Shown: positions 39,270 to 52,083 of the stretch, piece after piece | How the letters are laid out: each line of letters begins with the position of its first letter | Position numbering within the stretch: position 1 is the first letter of the stretch | DNA from: Octopus bimaculoides | Lineage: Eukaryota | Direction of reading: 5' to 3' | Length of the DNA stretch: 64,000 nucleotides | Assembly (NCBI RefSeq): GCF_001194135.2 | Contig: NC_068987.1 | Coordinates: forward strand, 16,008,338 to 16,072,337 | Translations under genes and position numbers: made by a program | The notes under the pieces: model-generated | The model's input: only the letters and a program-made list of their open reading frames with translations | Database searches by the model: none | What the model was told of the DNA's origin: nothing

Positions 39270-39273
<4 letters not shown>
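38675..39273 (+). mobile_element. SINE family A, tail type 1, with an extra ~200 bp internal module
   Basis: High identity to 268-632 in head and tail, flanked by (TTA)n on both sides. Confidence 0.9.
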
Positions 39274-39302
<29 letters not shown>

Positions 39303-40641
39303 GATTTATTTATTTCAATTTCTTAAATTTGATATTTGATGGGTTAACCTTAAAATAGAGAAATTAAACAAAATCCTATGGAATCTGACCTTTCGAGAGA
39401 TTTTTCTTCCATATTTCATACATTCTGTACATGATATCTGTATTTTTACTCTGCAAGGAGGCTTGTTTTCAAAACCATTTATTCCCAATTTATTGTGCTG
39501 TTGTTAATCCATACAAATATTAATGCCATGTTTAGTGTGGGCGACAATGGTAATCCTTCCAGAAAACATGCATACGTAAACAAACACCTAACTATTGACA
39601 AAACTTGATAATGGCACCTCACTGTTTTGTGTTTCTCTTGTGTTTTCATTCAGTCTTCTTTTCCTTCTCTCCCTCTTTTATTTATTGTAAAGAATGTCGC
39701 ATAAACATTGGTTTATTTCACAATTTGATTTCAGTGTGAATCTATTGTACACGTTATGTACACATACAAACATGTGTGAACACACAACCTCCCCCCACAA
39801 CCCCCACTCCACTCCTGCTACTGCTCTTACATTACTCTAGATTTGCTAATGTTGAGCAACGTAAATTTAGTCTGAACATGCTTACTGTAAGGAAATTTGA
39901 AAACAAAACTATACATCTATTCTTTTAATTCTCTTACTGGTCTTAGGTATTGTTCTTTGGTTAAGCTCGGGTGCTGTCTCTAATGGTTTCAGTTGATTAT
40001 ATTCTCGTTGCACTCAATATCTTTTCCTGGTGCTTATTTTGATAGCGTTAGAAATAAAAAGGTATGTGATGTGATCTTAGATGTCAAGGGAGATAACTTA
40101 GCTAGACCTAACTAGCTCAAGGTATATTTGTTTGCTGTACCGGTTTTGTTCATTCAGCAGTAAAGGGTTGAGAGAAAGAGAGAGGTGGGGTCATATAATA
40201 ATAATAATAATAATAATGATGATGATGATGATGAACTTATTGTATACAGTGTTCCAGTGCATGTACAGTACATAGAACAGTGCACAAAAAGACAGGGAAG
40301 TGAACAGTGAATGAGTCGTCAAAAAAAGATAACATTAAACCTAGTGTTAGTGACAAGTAATCCCACATTTCTGTTTGCTAAGTGTCACTCACTGAGTGTT
40401 GGTCAACTTGAGTCTACAATAAAAGACACTTGCTCAAAGTGTCACACAGTGGAACTGCAAAGCAAGCTTCTTACATTATGTGACCATGTCTGTGCTTATT
40501 TATAACTTCCTTCAATCAGCCTAGCCAATAGTTACATTGTCATCTATCATATAGAAAAACAAGGTGATCAGCTTCCCTATCCAGTAGTCAACTTACTCAT
40601 TGCACCTATTAAATTATTTGCCTTCTCCAAAACATTGAGTG

Positions 40642-40678
<37 letters not shown>

Positions 40679-42656
40679 TCTCTCATTAAATTCCTTCCCA
40701 TGACCAGTGCTTAAATTTCCTCACTTCCATTGGCCTCTATTATTTCAGTTCGAGTTTTCTAGCATCAAACTGGCTCTCGTGTTCAGTTTTAAACTCATTC
40801 AGAGGTACATCTTTCTACTTCTTGTAGTTAAGTGTGCTAAAAATTTTGATGTCGTTACCTAATTCACACATTAACTATTGGCATTAGGAAGGCTGTTTAA
40901 TTCTTACAATTCTTCCAGTAATTCGTGTGAAGTATTTACATCTTCCAACATATATTAGGATTCAAGACAGGGTATGAAATGCATCAGCACAAATTAGATA
41001 TATGTGTCCAAAGTATTGTATGACAAATGTCCTTTTATTTTAATAGCTATGTAATAAGGTTTTATTCTTTTTTCAATTAAGTCTGTTTAGATGGGACACC
41101 ATTGTGTCTAAGTGATTTACATTATAACTTCTTGGAAAAGCCATTTATTCCACAGTGGTACCATTATACCATTTGTATTATTTTGAATGTATATCTCTCT
41201 GGTTCTGTTTAGTTCTGTCACTTGTTGAGCACTGTTTTGCAACTGTTTACTTTGAGACATTTCTAAGTCATATTAAAATTAATGTGCCAAACTCACATTT
41301 TCCTTTTGTAACCATCCATCAATATTGAAGAATGTTCTATGTTAGCACCTTAATTACGAAATACTCTTGGTTACAATAGGTCTGTATTTTAAATATAAAA
41401 TGGCTCACAGGGAAAATTATTCATCTATTTCTAGATATGAATTACTGTTGTTTCTGGATCCCATTTTCCCCCAGATCTGTTATTTATTACATTCTGTAGT
41501 GGTTTAGTGGACTGTTGTAGCTGTCAGCTGCAGATTCCTGTCAGACAGTCTTGTTGGTATATTGATAGCTTTGCATTTGTGTCTATTTTGTTGGGGTTTT
41601 TTTTATGTATTTCATTTTAGTTTTTTTATTTGAAATATGTTGTTTGCTTAAAGAGGTTTCTTTGAGTTTGATTTATTTTGAAATCAATCCATTATTAAGT
41701 ATATGCAATCCCAGTTTTGCTGCTCTTAGTGTCCATATGTTTTTTGCTCTAGAGCGTAGTAAGTCTCTGTATCATATAAAAGTGTGTTACCAGTCACAGA
41801 CCTACCTCTTCATTACTTCTCTGTTATTCTATTTGCCTGCATTGATTTATAGGACATTTTTTTTTCTCATTTCTTGACTGATTCTCTTTTTAATTATGAT
41901 ATTCTTTCATGTTATGGCAGTCACCATATTTTATTCACACCAAATATAAAACAGTTTTTTTTTTATTTTGTCTTTTTTTAATAATAGCGTGAGTGGTTAA
42001 CATGTCAGAATTCTGACTTGGAAGCAATGTGTTCAAGTTCTGCCAACATATTTACATATTTATATTTCGAAGCACCATTACATACTCGTTGCCAACCAGA
42101 CTAGAAATAAAAATGTTTAAGTTAGATATTCATTTTGTAAAGATGCCAGTAACTGGAGCAGCAGCAATGTCCATCTTTTCAGAACAAAGTCAATATCAAA
42201 ATAAAATGAAATATAAATGTAATTACTTGGATACAAATTAATACACATAGCAATAGCTCTCAAGTTATCCTAGATATGGAATAGTCAGCTAATTTGCCAA
42301 TCTGTCAACTCAAGCAAATTGATAATGCAAAAAGAAATTATTTGAAAAAGTTCAGTATTAGTTTCCTCCGCCTTTCTCTCTTCTAAACTGATTATTTCAT
42401 TCTTAGCAAGATCATGCCAGAGTTCTTGTTGTTTCTCTGAGAATCCACTCCTCTCCACTTCAAACCAAAATAGTATTTCAGGTGTAATAAAATAAAAAAA
42501 AATAAAAAAAAGAAGAAATCAAAGATGTAAAGAAGTTATGTAAAACACTCAGCATTTCTGTTAAGCAGTATTTCATGACACTGTAGCCTTGCGGTTAAGA
42601 TACTCTACTCTTCACCAATATGATCATAGGCTCAAATCTCATGACTGTGCTTATTA

Positions 42657-42871
42657 AGGTGGCGGGCTGGTAGAATCATTACTGCATTGCACAAAATACT
42701 TAGTGGCATTTCTTGCAGCATATTACATTCTAAGTTCAACCTCTGCTGAGTTTGACTTCATTTGCAATTTTTCAGGGTTGAAAAAAATAAATACCAGTTG
42801 AGCACTTGGATCGATGTAACTGACTTGGCCTCTCCTCCTAAAATTGCTGGTCTTGTGCCACAGTTTGAAAC
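42657..42871 (+). mobile_element. SINE family B, diverged full-length copy
   Basis: AGGTGGCGGGCTGGTAGAATC head ... TACCAGTTGAGCACTTGGATCGATGTAA...AAATTGCTGGTCTTGTGCC. Confidence 0.75.
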
Positions 42872-43385
42872 TTTAATGTTACCTTTATGCTCTTTGACAA
42901 GATACATAATTCTGCTTATACAGTTTTCCTTAATGATGAGAAGTTCTACTGTTGATCATTACATGGTTAGCAGCAGGAAGGGTATCCATCAGTAAAGCAA
43001 AATTTCTCCAGCAAATAAACCATCGCAAGCAAGTAAATAGAAAAAAAAAAAGGTCATAAAATGTGCTGAGGTTGGGAATAGGTGTAGTAATAACTTTATC
43101 ATTGTAGCTATTAAGACGAAATATAAGTTTATTTTTAAGGTGCTTCTAATTTGCTCAGTCACAAAACAGTCATAGTATATTGTAATAGATTATGGAAATA
43201 TCAATGTAATCCTACTGCAGTAACAGTTGGTGGTCTCTTAATTCAAAGTCTAATTTTCACGTCTCATGATAGTTCCTGCAATTAACAACCCACAAGTACA
43301 TTAGCTAAATTTTGTGCTCTGTATTTTGCATCAGTAGAAAATACAGCTTTTGTAATGGTTGTGTGTGTGTGTGTCTGTATAGGTA

Positions 43386-44706
43386 CAGGGTGCGATGGGT
43401 AAATTGTCGCCATATTATATTTTTAATTTCATGCATGCACATTGTTGGTTTTTGATTTTGTCGACTACACAGTATAGTAGGTTTTGTTGGGCACCGTCTG
43501 TGAGAAAAACAGCACCATAACACAATTCACTCTGCCAGAAATTTGGAAACAACATGCTGTACTGCTTGGCATTTGCACTAGAAGTTCCAATATGAACATT
43601 TCAGTGTGTTTGGGTGTCAATCTGAGGACAGTGCAGAGGATTCAGAAAGAGTTGGATGAGTCTAATGGTGATTACGAAGGTACAGCAACTCAGAAAATTC
43701 ACTCTGATTGTTCTGATAAGAAAAGAACTCAAGAATTTGTTGGTGAGATCCAGGCCATGATTGACAACGATCCCTCCAAGTCAATCAGGTCCATTGCCAG
43801 GGATATGGGAGTGTTTCTTATCAGGCAGGTGGTGCATGAAAACATTTGGTATTTCTCATACAAGATGAGAAAGGGCCAATTTTTATCCCAAGCCATCAAG
43901 GACAAGAGGAAAGACTGCGCTATGAAGCTTTTGAACAAACTCAAGCATGCCCTCCAACCGAACATGCTTTGGTTTTTCTCAGATGAAAAAATTTCTGTCA
44001 GGATCAGATAGTGAACACACAGAATAACCGTTGGCTTGCTGTGTCCCCAAAACATGTACCGAGAATGATAAAAATTAGACATCCAGTCAACATCATGGTG
44101 TTTGGAGTGATCACTATTGATGGTGACATTATGCCTCCATTCATCTTCCTACATGTCCTCAGACTCAAGACAGAGGCTTGCATCAAGTACCTGGAGGAGA
44201 TAGTGCTGTCCTGAGTCAAGAGAGTGGCTCCTGGAAGATCTTATGTCTGGCAACAGGACTCTGCACCATGCCACACAAACAGGAGAACCCAGTCATGGCT
44301 GTCAGACAATTTCTGCAACCACATTACCCCTGACACCTGGCCACCACATCACCCCTAACACCTGGCCACCTAACTCCCCAGACTGCAACCCCCTTGATTA
44401 TTGTGTCGGGGACACATTTGAGTGAGAGACCAACAAAACTCCTTATAACACCAAAGATGAACTGAAGGCAAGGATTATGATAGGATTCACCAACTTAAAC
44501 AAGGAGACCGTCCAGAAGAGTTGCAGGAGATTCCGAAGTCGTCTGGAGGTGGTAGTTGAAGCGAATGGCGATTTTATTGAATAAATTTACTGTTTAGTAT
44601 TTCAAGATATTTTATGTAATTTTGGTACATATATCTGTTAAAGTGAGATATCAGAGTTATTTTCATTTTTGCACAATTTAGACGACAATCCATTCATCGC
44701 ACCCTG
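43386..44706 (+). mobile_element. Full-length decayed Tc1/mariner transposon, DD37D (maT-type)
   Basis: TIRs CAGGGTGCGATG...TTGTCG flanked by TA. Transposase has FFSDEK, MVFGVI, WQQDSAPCH and WPPNSPDCNPLDY motifs. 37 residues lie between the last two Asp once a 25-bp duplication is removed. Confidence 0.93.
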
Positions 44707-45440
44707 TATACACACACACACACACACACACTTGCATGTAAGAGTGTATATGCTTCTGTGGATGAAATGGCCAAATGAATACAATATTAGCCTACCAGCT
44801 TGTAGCATGTGACTTTTTTTTTATCTGTAACATAGCTTTTGATGGGTTATTGAGTAAGGTATTTAAATCACTTTGCCTCTGTAATTAATATCATAGGATT
44901 TGTACCAGACCTTCTTGGAATGTTATTGGGAGTAACTGAATCTTGTGGTAAACATTGCTTTTATGAACCTCTTAAGCTGTGGCTTGTCAAGATTTGATCA
45001 CATTTAAATTTTGATCGAACTGCGTCAGCCTCAAATCTTCTTTAATCTATATTATTCATCTACTTTGTGGTGTGTTATGACAAGCTCACTTCTTTTCTTT
45101 TCTACATACATTAACCATTGCCTGACAAATCAGTTATGTGGTCTCATAACATATTTTTGAAATGTGGCCTCTTAACCTGCTATAAATATATATCTACTTA
45201 ACCTAGACATGGCAGACAAATTTCTCTCATATCACTCCTGGCTTATCTTACAAAATCAAAGGATGCATTGGATAATGTGATCCTAGATACACATGGTCTA
45301 ATAACAAAGGGGGTGGTAAAAATTGGAATACTTTTGATCATAGCCCTGATCTGGAACTAAACAACAACAACAACCATTGCCTGTTTAATCCTCTTACCTT
45401 CTCAGTTTATTTACACTCAGTCTATGCATGTTTCTGGTTT

Positions 45441-46145
45441 ACATCATCATCGTTATCCTTTAACGTCTGTTTTCCATGTTGGCATGGGTTGGATAGTTTG
45501 ACCAGAGCCAGGTTCCTGTCTGATTTGACTTGGTTTCTACAGCAGGCTGCTTTTAACATAGCACCAGCATGAGTGTTTCTATGTGGCACCGACAAGAGTG
45601 TCACTGGCACAGGACTCTTGTAAGCCAATCCTCTTCATCGGAGGAAGTGGCCTTAACCCTTCTGCTGTGGAGGACAGGTATTCTTGAGTACAACAAGGTA
45701 CCAGGTACAGCAAGGTACCAGGTATCTCAGTCTTTTGTCATCTCATCTGAAAAGTTCAGCATCTTGAAGTCGTCCTTTAGTTTACATTAAATGAAATATT
45801 TTCACCTGATATCATCATCATCATCATCATCATCATCACCTTAGTGTTCTCTGTCCCTTTCTTGCATGGGTTGGATGAAATTTTTTGAGGTGGATATTCT
45901 ATGGCTGGATGTCTTTTCTGTCATTAGCCCCTCATGTTTCCAAGCAAGGTAATATTTTCCCCACGACCAAATATGTTTTCACAGAAGATTAGAAACAAAT
46001 GACACCGCTTGCATGACACTAACATTTATTTACAAACTCTCACCCTATATCGAGGCAAGTAGACAAACATACATACATGCATACATCATCATCATCGTTT
46101 AACGTCCACCTTCCATGCTGGCATGGGCTGAGCGGTTTGACAGGA
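45441..46145 (-). mobile_element. Stack of three minus-strand LINE/SINE-type tails (about 45441, 45811, 46082)
   Basis: Each begins with (CAT)n and a TTTAACGTC...CCATG.TGGCATGGG-like sequence. Confidence 0.65.
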
Positions 46146-46590
46146 GTGTTGTGTATGATACAATTAACCTCTCTGCAATCTCTTGCACAGTTATATGACA
46201 GTCAGATTCAATTATGGTTTTGATTTGGTCATCTTTGAGTGAAAAATCTCCAGAATGGAATTTTTTAAACCGTTTCTGACATGTGCATTCTGTTAAACAA
46301 TCAACGCCATAAACTTCACATATCTCTTTATGAGCCTCAGCAACTTTCTTGCTTTTATGGAAATTAAAAGACAAAATATGGTGAAAATGTTTGTTTTTGC
46401 ACTCCATGTTAAAATTGACACTGAACTAACAGCTGTAAACAAAATTATGTGCGATTTGCTTCTAAAGTAAGCTAAAAGTAACAGCTGTCAAATGTCAAAA
46501 GGAAAAAATCATAACATTGACAAAAGTCATTCAAAAAAATCGTAACTCTATCTCTTTGCAATAAACGAAATGACTTTCTTGCCAACCCAA
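46140..46590 (-). mobile_element. 5' half of a second mariner family, truncated
   Basis: TIR TA|TTGGGTTGGCAAGAAAGTC at 46590. HTH region MECKNKHFHHILSFNFHK...EICEVYG...FKKFHSGDFSLKD. Cut off by a LINE-type tail. Confidence 0.85.
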
Positions 46591-46680
46591 TATATAGATA
46601 CTCCTTCATTGGCTCATGCTGTTATGTGTTACACAGGTTGGATTTTTTTTTGTTTTTAATAAAATGTTAAAAGAAAACAG

Positions 46681-46765
46681 TTTCAGGAGTTGGTACTAAT
46701 TCCAAAGATGTCACTTGTTTGGGTCCAGCCTGTGTGGTTACCATGTTCACTGTAACACATTTTAG
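46681..46765 (+). pseudogene. Intronic partial copy of ASXL exon 50161-50541 (source about 50307-50392)
   Basis: Core GGTACT...ACCATGT is 50/55 identical to the exon by manual alignment, in the same orientation. Confidence 0.9.
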
Positions 46766-47139
46766 ACAAACTTGTCCATCCAGGGCCTGTTGAAACTTGG
46801 GACACTGGTAGAATGTGTCATATAAAACATCTTTTACTCTTAGTCTTCTTAACAAAAAAAATCTACATCGCAAGTTATTCCATGTTAAAGTTGTCGTATT
46901 TCTGTAATTTTAACCAATCACTGACGTCTATTCAGCTGAATAGAGTTACTGCTGGGCGGTCATAAAAATGTTATTCCCTGTGACATATTTCATCCGGTTT
47001 AATCGTAATTTATACACATATATTGTTTATATAATAAATTACGCTGTGCATATCTATGTGTGTAACAATTTTAGAGTTCGGATTCTAGAGTTAGGGTTAA
47101 CAGTCTAGTTAGGGTTAGGGTTAGGGGATTAATACGATA
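46757..47139. repeat. Dispersed non-coding repeat carrying TTAGGG units (copy 1)
   Basis: About 150 bp GAAACTTGG.ACACTGGTAGAATGTGTCATATAAAACATC...CCAATCACTGACGTC.ATTCAGC is shared with 63530-63670. TTAGGG repeats at about 47090-47127. Confidence 0.8.
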
Positions 47140-47507
47140 NNNNNNNNNNNNNNNNNNNNNNNNNNNNNNNNNNNNNNNNNNNNNNNNNNNNNNNNNNNNN
47201 NNNNNNNNNNNNNNNNNNNNNNNNNNNNNNNNNNNNNNNNNNNNNNNNNNNNNNNNNNNNNNNNNNNNNNNNNNNNNNNNNNNNNNNNNNNNNNNNNNNN
47301 NNNNNNNNNNNNNNNNNNNNNNNNNNNNNNNNNNNNNNNNNNNNNNNNNNNNNNNNNNNNNNNNNNNNNNNNNNNNNNNNNNNNNNNNNNNNNNNNNNNN
47401 NNNNNNNNNNNNNNNNNNNNNNNNNNNNNNNNNNNNNNNNNNNNNNNNNNNNNNNNNNNNNNNNNNNNNNNNNNNNNNNNNNNNNNNNNNNNNNNNNNNN
47501 NNNNNNN

Positions 47508-47564
<57 letters not shown>

Positions 47565-47956
47565 GTGTACAGATATTTAAATGAGTATACCATCTGAATA
47601 TCACCATTTATATAGAGTTCTTCTTTAAAAAAAGATAAGTAAATCGTTTATCAGTCTTTGTTATAAATTTTCTACACATAAATGTAAATAAAGAAAAAAA
47701 TGTTTATAGATGTCTGTGAGGAAATGAAATTAAAAGTGAACATATATCTGAACAGAGAAAGCAGAGCCTGAATTGATAGAATACTAGACAGAGAGACAAA
47801 GAGGTTAGCAGTTCATGTGTTACCACTAGCTTTGAATTGTGACCTTGATGGAGAAACTGCACTCAGCTTTTAAATCTTCCACACAATGTAGTGTAGTTGT
47901 TTGCTGTTAACTGAAGTAAGAATATAAAGTAGATAATTTGTTGCATTAGCTTATAG

Positions 47957-47996
<40 letters not shown>

Positions 47997-50160
47997 GTAC
48001 TGTTGAGTTACCTTAGATACACTACTATATAAAGACAGTTATTCAGTGGTGATCCTGTAGATTTGAACAATAAGGAAATACTTTCTGCAAATTTCTTAAT
48101 GTTGTTCAAGAACATGATTCAATTTATTTATTGCAAAGTGTGTTTTGTTTTATGGATGCACTCTTTTTCATGTTACAATTTAGCAGCAATAAATTATCTT
48201 TTAAATGTTTGCTTTGCTCTAATTTGTACAGCAAATGCTATTTACCACCTAGAGCTTTCACTTTTATCTTTTCATTAAAAACCTATAACGGAGAAAAGAA
48301 TTGGTTTCATGTAAATTAAAGAGAAGTGAAATTAATGATCAGTCATCGAACATACGCTGTTTGTGCTTGTTGGAAACACTCTATTATGGGAGGGAAGAGA
48401 ATTATTGTAACCAATTATTAATCTTTGTAAATTGACCATTAGGAAAACTTTAAATAAGAAACGCAGTTTGTCATTATTAATTCCATAAGATTGTCTCACC
48501 TCTCATTATATGCACAGAAATATCTGGAAACATTTTGATATATAATTAGTTGAACACAACAGAAAGAAAATATTTTCATTTTTATTTTGCTACAGTTTAG
48601 ATTCTTTATTTAATAAATAATGGTTCTTCTATCCTAACACGATGATAGTGAACTGTCAGACAAAACGTTAGCATTTATGACTGCAAACTCTGATTGAATA
48701 CTTTGCTAGAATATTTCTAAAAATCAAACAACAGTGATTTATTCTTATAACAATCTAGCATTTTTCCATGGTATTACTATTGGATTGTCGTCTCTATTCA
48801 CTGCAATCAGCTTCCCCTCCTAATTAATCAAATAGCATAGTCATGTAATAGCATCTTGCATCTGTAAGGATGTGATGCCCGCACATACAATGTCTACATT
48901 CCGTTCATCATCCATTGCTGAACAGCTGTGATGTTTAATCACAAGTTAGCCTTTGTGTGTGTGTGTGTGTTTGTGTTTGTGTGTGTTGGCGAAGGGTTTA
49001 CACATGCACAAACTTGTCTTCCAATTGTTTTAGAAGAAGAGAATGTACCACCAAGGTGCATGATATCCAAGGGAGGTAATTCAGGCAACCCCCTTCTCCT
49101 CCTCTATAAAACACTAAGTTAATTATAGTGCTTACATGGAATAACTATTAAATATAACATTATTCTGTTTTTGTGTTTTTCTCTCTCCATAATTGAAAAG
49201 TTTCCTTGTATTGATTTGAAAGGAAATCTCAAATAAGACGGTAGAAACCTAACAGAATATCAAAAGAAAAAAAATCAACAATTTTTATAATCAGGGAAAA
49301 ATTCGTCTGAAGAACATTAAATTGGTCTTTATAAAACAAAAATAAAATACAAATCTAGAAGCGTGTGTGTGAGTGAGAAAGAGAGAAAGAGAGAGAATTA
49401 CATCAGTAAATTTCAAACAACCGAAATACCTCATGGTGATCCAATAGCAGGTTGTACAACACAGACTGTTGCAGATCATCACAGCTAGCCATAAATTGCT
49501 TGACTAAAACAAAAGACACAGTCTCTTAAACAGAATGTTATAAAGCATCTCCAATTGATCTGACTTAATATTCTGTGCACACTGGCTCGGTTGTTCTCAA
49601 AATGTTGTGTAATTTTTGTATTGCAGCGGCAATGCAGTTATTTAGTGATTAGATATTCCTATTTATTTATCCATGGTTTTCATCTCTTTTATTATTAATT
49701 CACTGTTTTGACAGCAGCCACAGGGAAAGAAGTTGGTGGGTGGTGAAAAGTTATTTGTTTTGTAATAACATATACCATCTTAGATAATATATTTGGAAAA
49801 TGTAACAATATCGACATCTATTTCAGTGTGATAACCAGACTTTTCTTTCTCTATTTTTCTCTTTTTTTTCCTTCTTTGAAAATCCTTTGATATCTTCATA
49901 CCTCACAATAAAATTGTTACTTGGATGATAAGTAAATGAAAATAAAGAAATAGTTGACAGATTTTTCTGATATTCAGGAGAAAAGGTCTAGCCAGTCCTA
50001 TGTTACTATTGACTTTTCAAGGCAAATATATTTATATATATATATATTTTTTTTTGCGAACATTTAATCCAAGTTTCCATGGATTACCAGCTTCCAAATT
50101 ATCGTCAAATGGTGGTCACCCATTGTGTTGTTGTTGTTGTTTTTTTTTTTCTTCTTACAG

Positions 50161-50541
50161 TATGTGGAGGAGGTGGAGGTGGCGGGGGAGAGGGAGGAGA
50201 AAGTTTAGCCAGTCCTGATAGTCAATCTCAGGAAGTCCTAGTCCAGCAGCTGCCTGTGACCACAACTCCCGTTTTGCAGCTGCAGCAGTCGAATGGGGAG
50301 CAGCCGGTTCAGGTGGCTGGTACTGAATCCAAAGATGTCACTTCCTTGGGTCCAGCCAGTGTGGTTACCATGTCCAACGTGACAACTTGTAGTTCGATCT
50401 CTGCGGTTCCCAGAACTTTACCAGCCAGCACAGACGGAGGTGATACTGTAAAGGAAGCAGCAATTCCCATAGCAAGCACCCCAACTGTGTCAGACATCCC
50501 TGGCAGACGAAATATCAGGCAGGCTTTGCGACCTAAGCGAT
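50161..50541 (+). CDS. ASXL: Internal coding exon of Asx/ASXL-like gene (VCGGGGGGGGEGGESLASPDS...IPGRRNIRQALRPKR)
   Basis: TTCTTCTTACAG acceptor and T|GTAAAT donor. 381 nt, symmetric phase 1-1, GC-richer than the flanks. IRQALR..KR resembles the (K/R)(H/Q)ALRQQ.KRR motif I recall from Asx/ASXL proteins. Confidence 0.8.
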
Positions 50542-51523
50542 GTAAATATTCCAATTATTTCCATTTTTTTCTCTTTTGATCTTTTGTGACTGTGAAAAGA
50601 ACCAGCAAACTCATGCTTTATTAAACTTTTACGCGTTTGTTTATCTTTTGCCCCAGGTGAAAAAAAAAAAAAAAAAGAAAGAAAGAAAGAAAAAGAAATT
50701 CCTTAATTTTTTTTATTTATTTATTAGTTTCTTTTTGGTTTTTTTTCCTTCCCCATTTATTGTGGTTGAAATGTTTGATTCTAATCATGATTAACAGACA
50801 TTGGTTGTTATTTAGTTGGAATGTAGTTTGGCTTGCTGATAATGCACTGGATTCTTGCACATTAAATCTATTGTTCTCCCCCTCCCCCCTCCTACTTTTG
50901 CCTATCCTTCTATCTCCACCTGTCTGTCTATCTCCCTTCCGTTGGTTTAGTACTTGCAGAGAGATAACAAGAACTAACATCTTATGTAGTGTGTTATGAA
51001 GCTTAGAATATCTTTATTATTTTTTTGGTTTGATACATGCTTGCACACATAGAGATTTTTGGTATGCATATGTCCATGCACATGCGTAGGCAACCGAGTG
51101 CATGCACACACATTCACATACAAAGTGTCTGTAATATCTGGGAGTAACTATGCTCATTTCTTATAGCATGCACACACATACACTTAGCAGAACTATCTAA
51201 ACTAATACAGTTTAGATGTTTTTTTGCAAAGTTAGGTATTTATTATCAAGTGAGACTTGTTTGAAAATAGATTTTGGTAAGATTATTATGCATGATTTAA
51301 ACCTATCAGTCAGCTGCTTATGATGTGAATTCATTGCTGTTGTGTTTCTTTGGAACCATAAATGGCACTGTATTTGTTTATAACCATTTTGTTAACAAAC
51401 ATGAGCTGTTCCACCAGAAGCTAGCCTAAGCTTCTAAGTTGAATTTTCCATGCTGTTGTCTTAGTTGCTCTTTGTTATGCTATTTATTCTATGCTGGTCT
51501 GTTATTTCAGTATTCATCTTGAA

Positions 51524-51790
51524 GGCACAGGCATAGCTGTGTGGTTAAGAAGTTTATTTTTGTAATCACATGGTCTTGGGTGCAGCCCTGACTGTGTGAC
51601 ACCTTGGGACAAGTGCCTTGTGAATGAAATTGGTTGAAAGAGATTGTATTAGAGCCCGTGGTGTGTGTGTGTGTGAGGAGAGAGAAAGATGTCATTTTCT
51701 GCTTTGCACAAGATTGTCTGCTGAGGAGGGTGTGGAAACCAATGTCATGTTTGCTTTGAAGTTTAGCTTGTAATTTCCTGAATCTGTCAA
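51524..51790 (+). mobile_element. Diverged SINE family A
   Basis: GGCACAGGCATAGCTGTGTGGTTAAG head, internally deleted body and (GT)n. Confidence 0.65.
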
Positions 51791-51844
51791 AACCTACTCG
51801 ATGTACTTTATCTCATCTCATTTTACCATCCTTACTGTAAAATA

Positions 51845-52083
51845 CACCAGTTTGAGCATGGCCGTTGCCAGTACCTCCTGACTGGCCTTCGTGCCGGTGG
51901 CATGTAAAAGCACTCACTACACTCTCGGAATGGTTGGCATTAGGAAGGGCATCCACCTGTAGAAACTCTGCCAGATCAGATTGGAGTCTGGTGTAGCCAT
52001 CTGGCTCACCAGTCCTCAGTCAAATTGTCCAACCCATGCTAGCATGGAAAGCGGATGTTAAACGATGATGATGATGATGATGA
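51845..52083 (+). mobile_element. RTE-LINE 3' UTR and tail
   Basis: One GCCAGT..ACTGGC module plus the common tail and (GAT)n. Confidence 0.85.
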
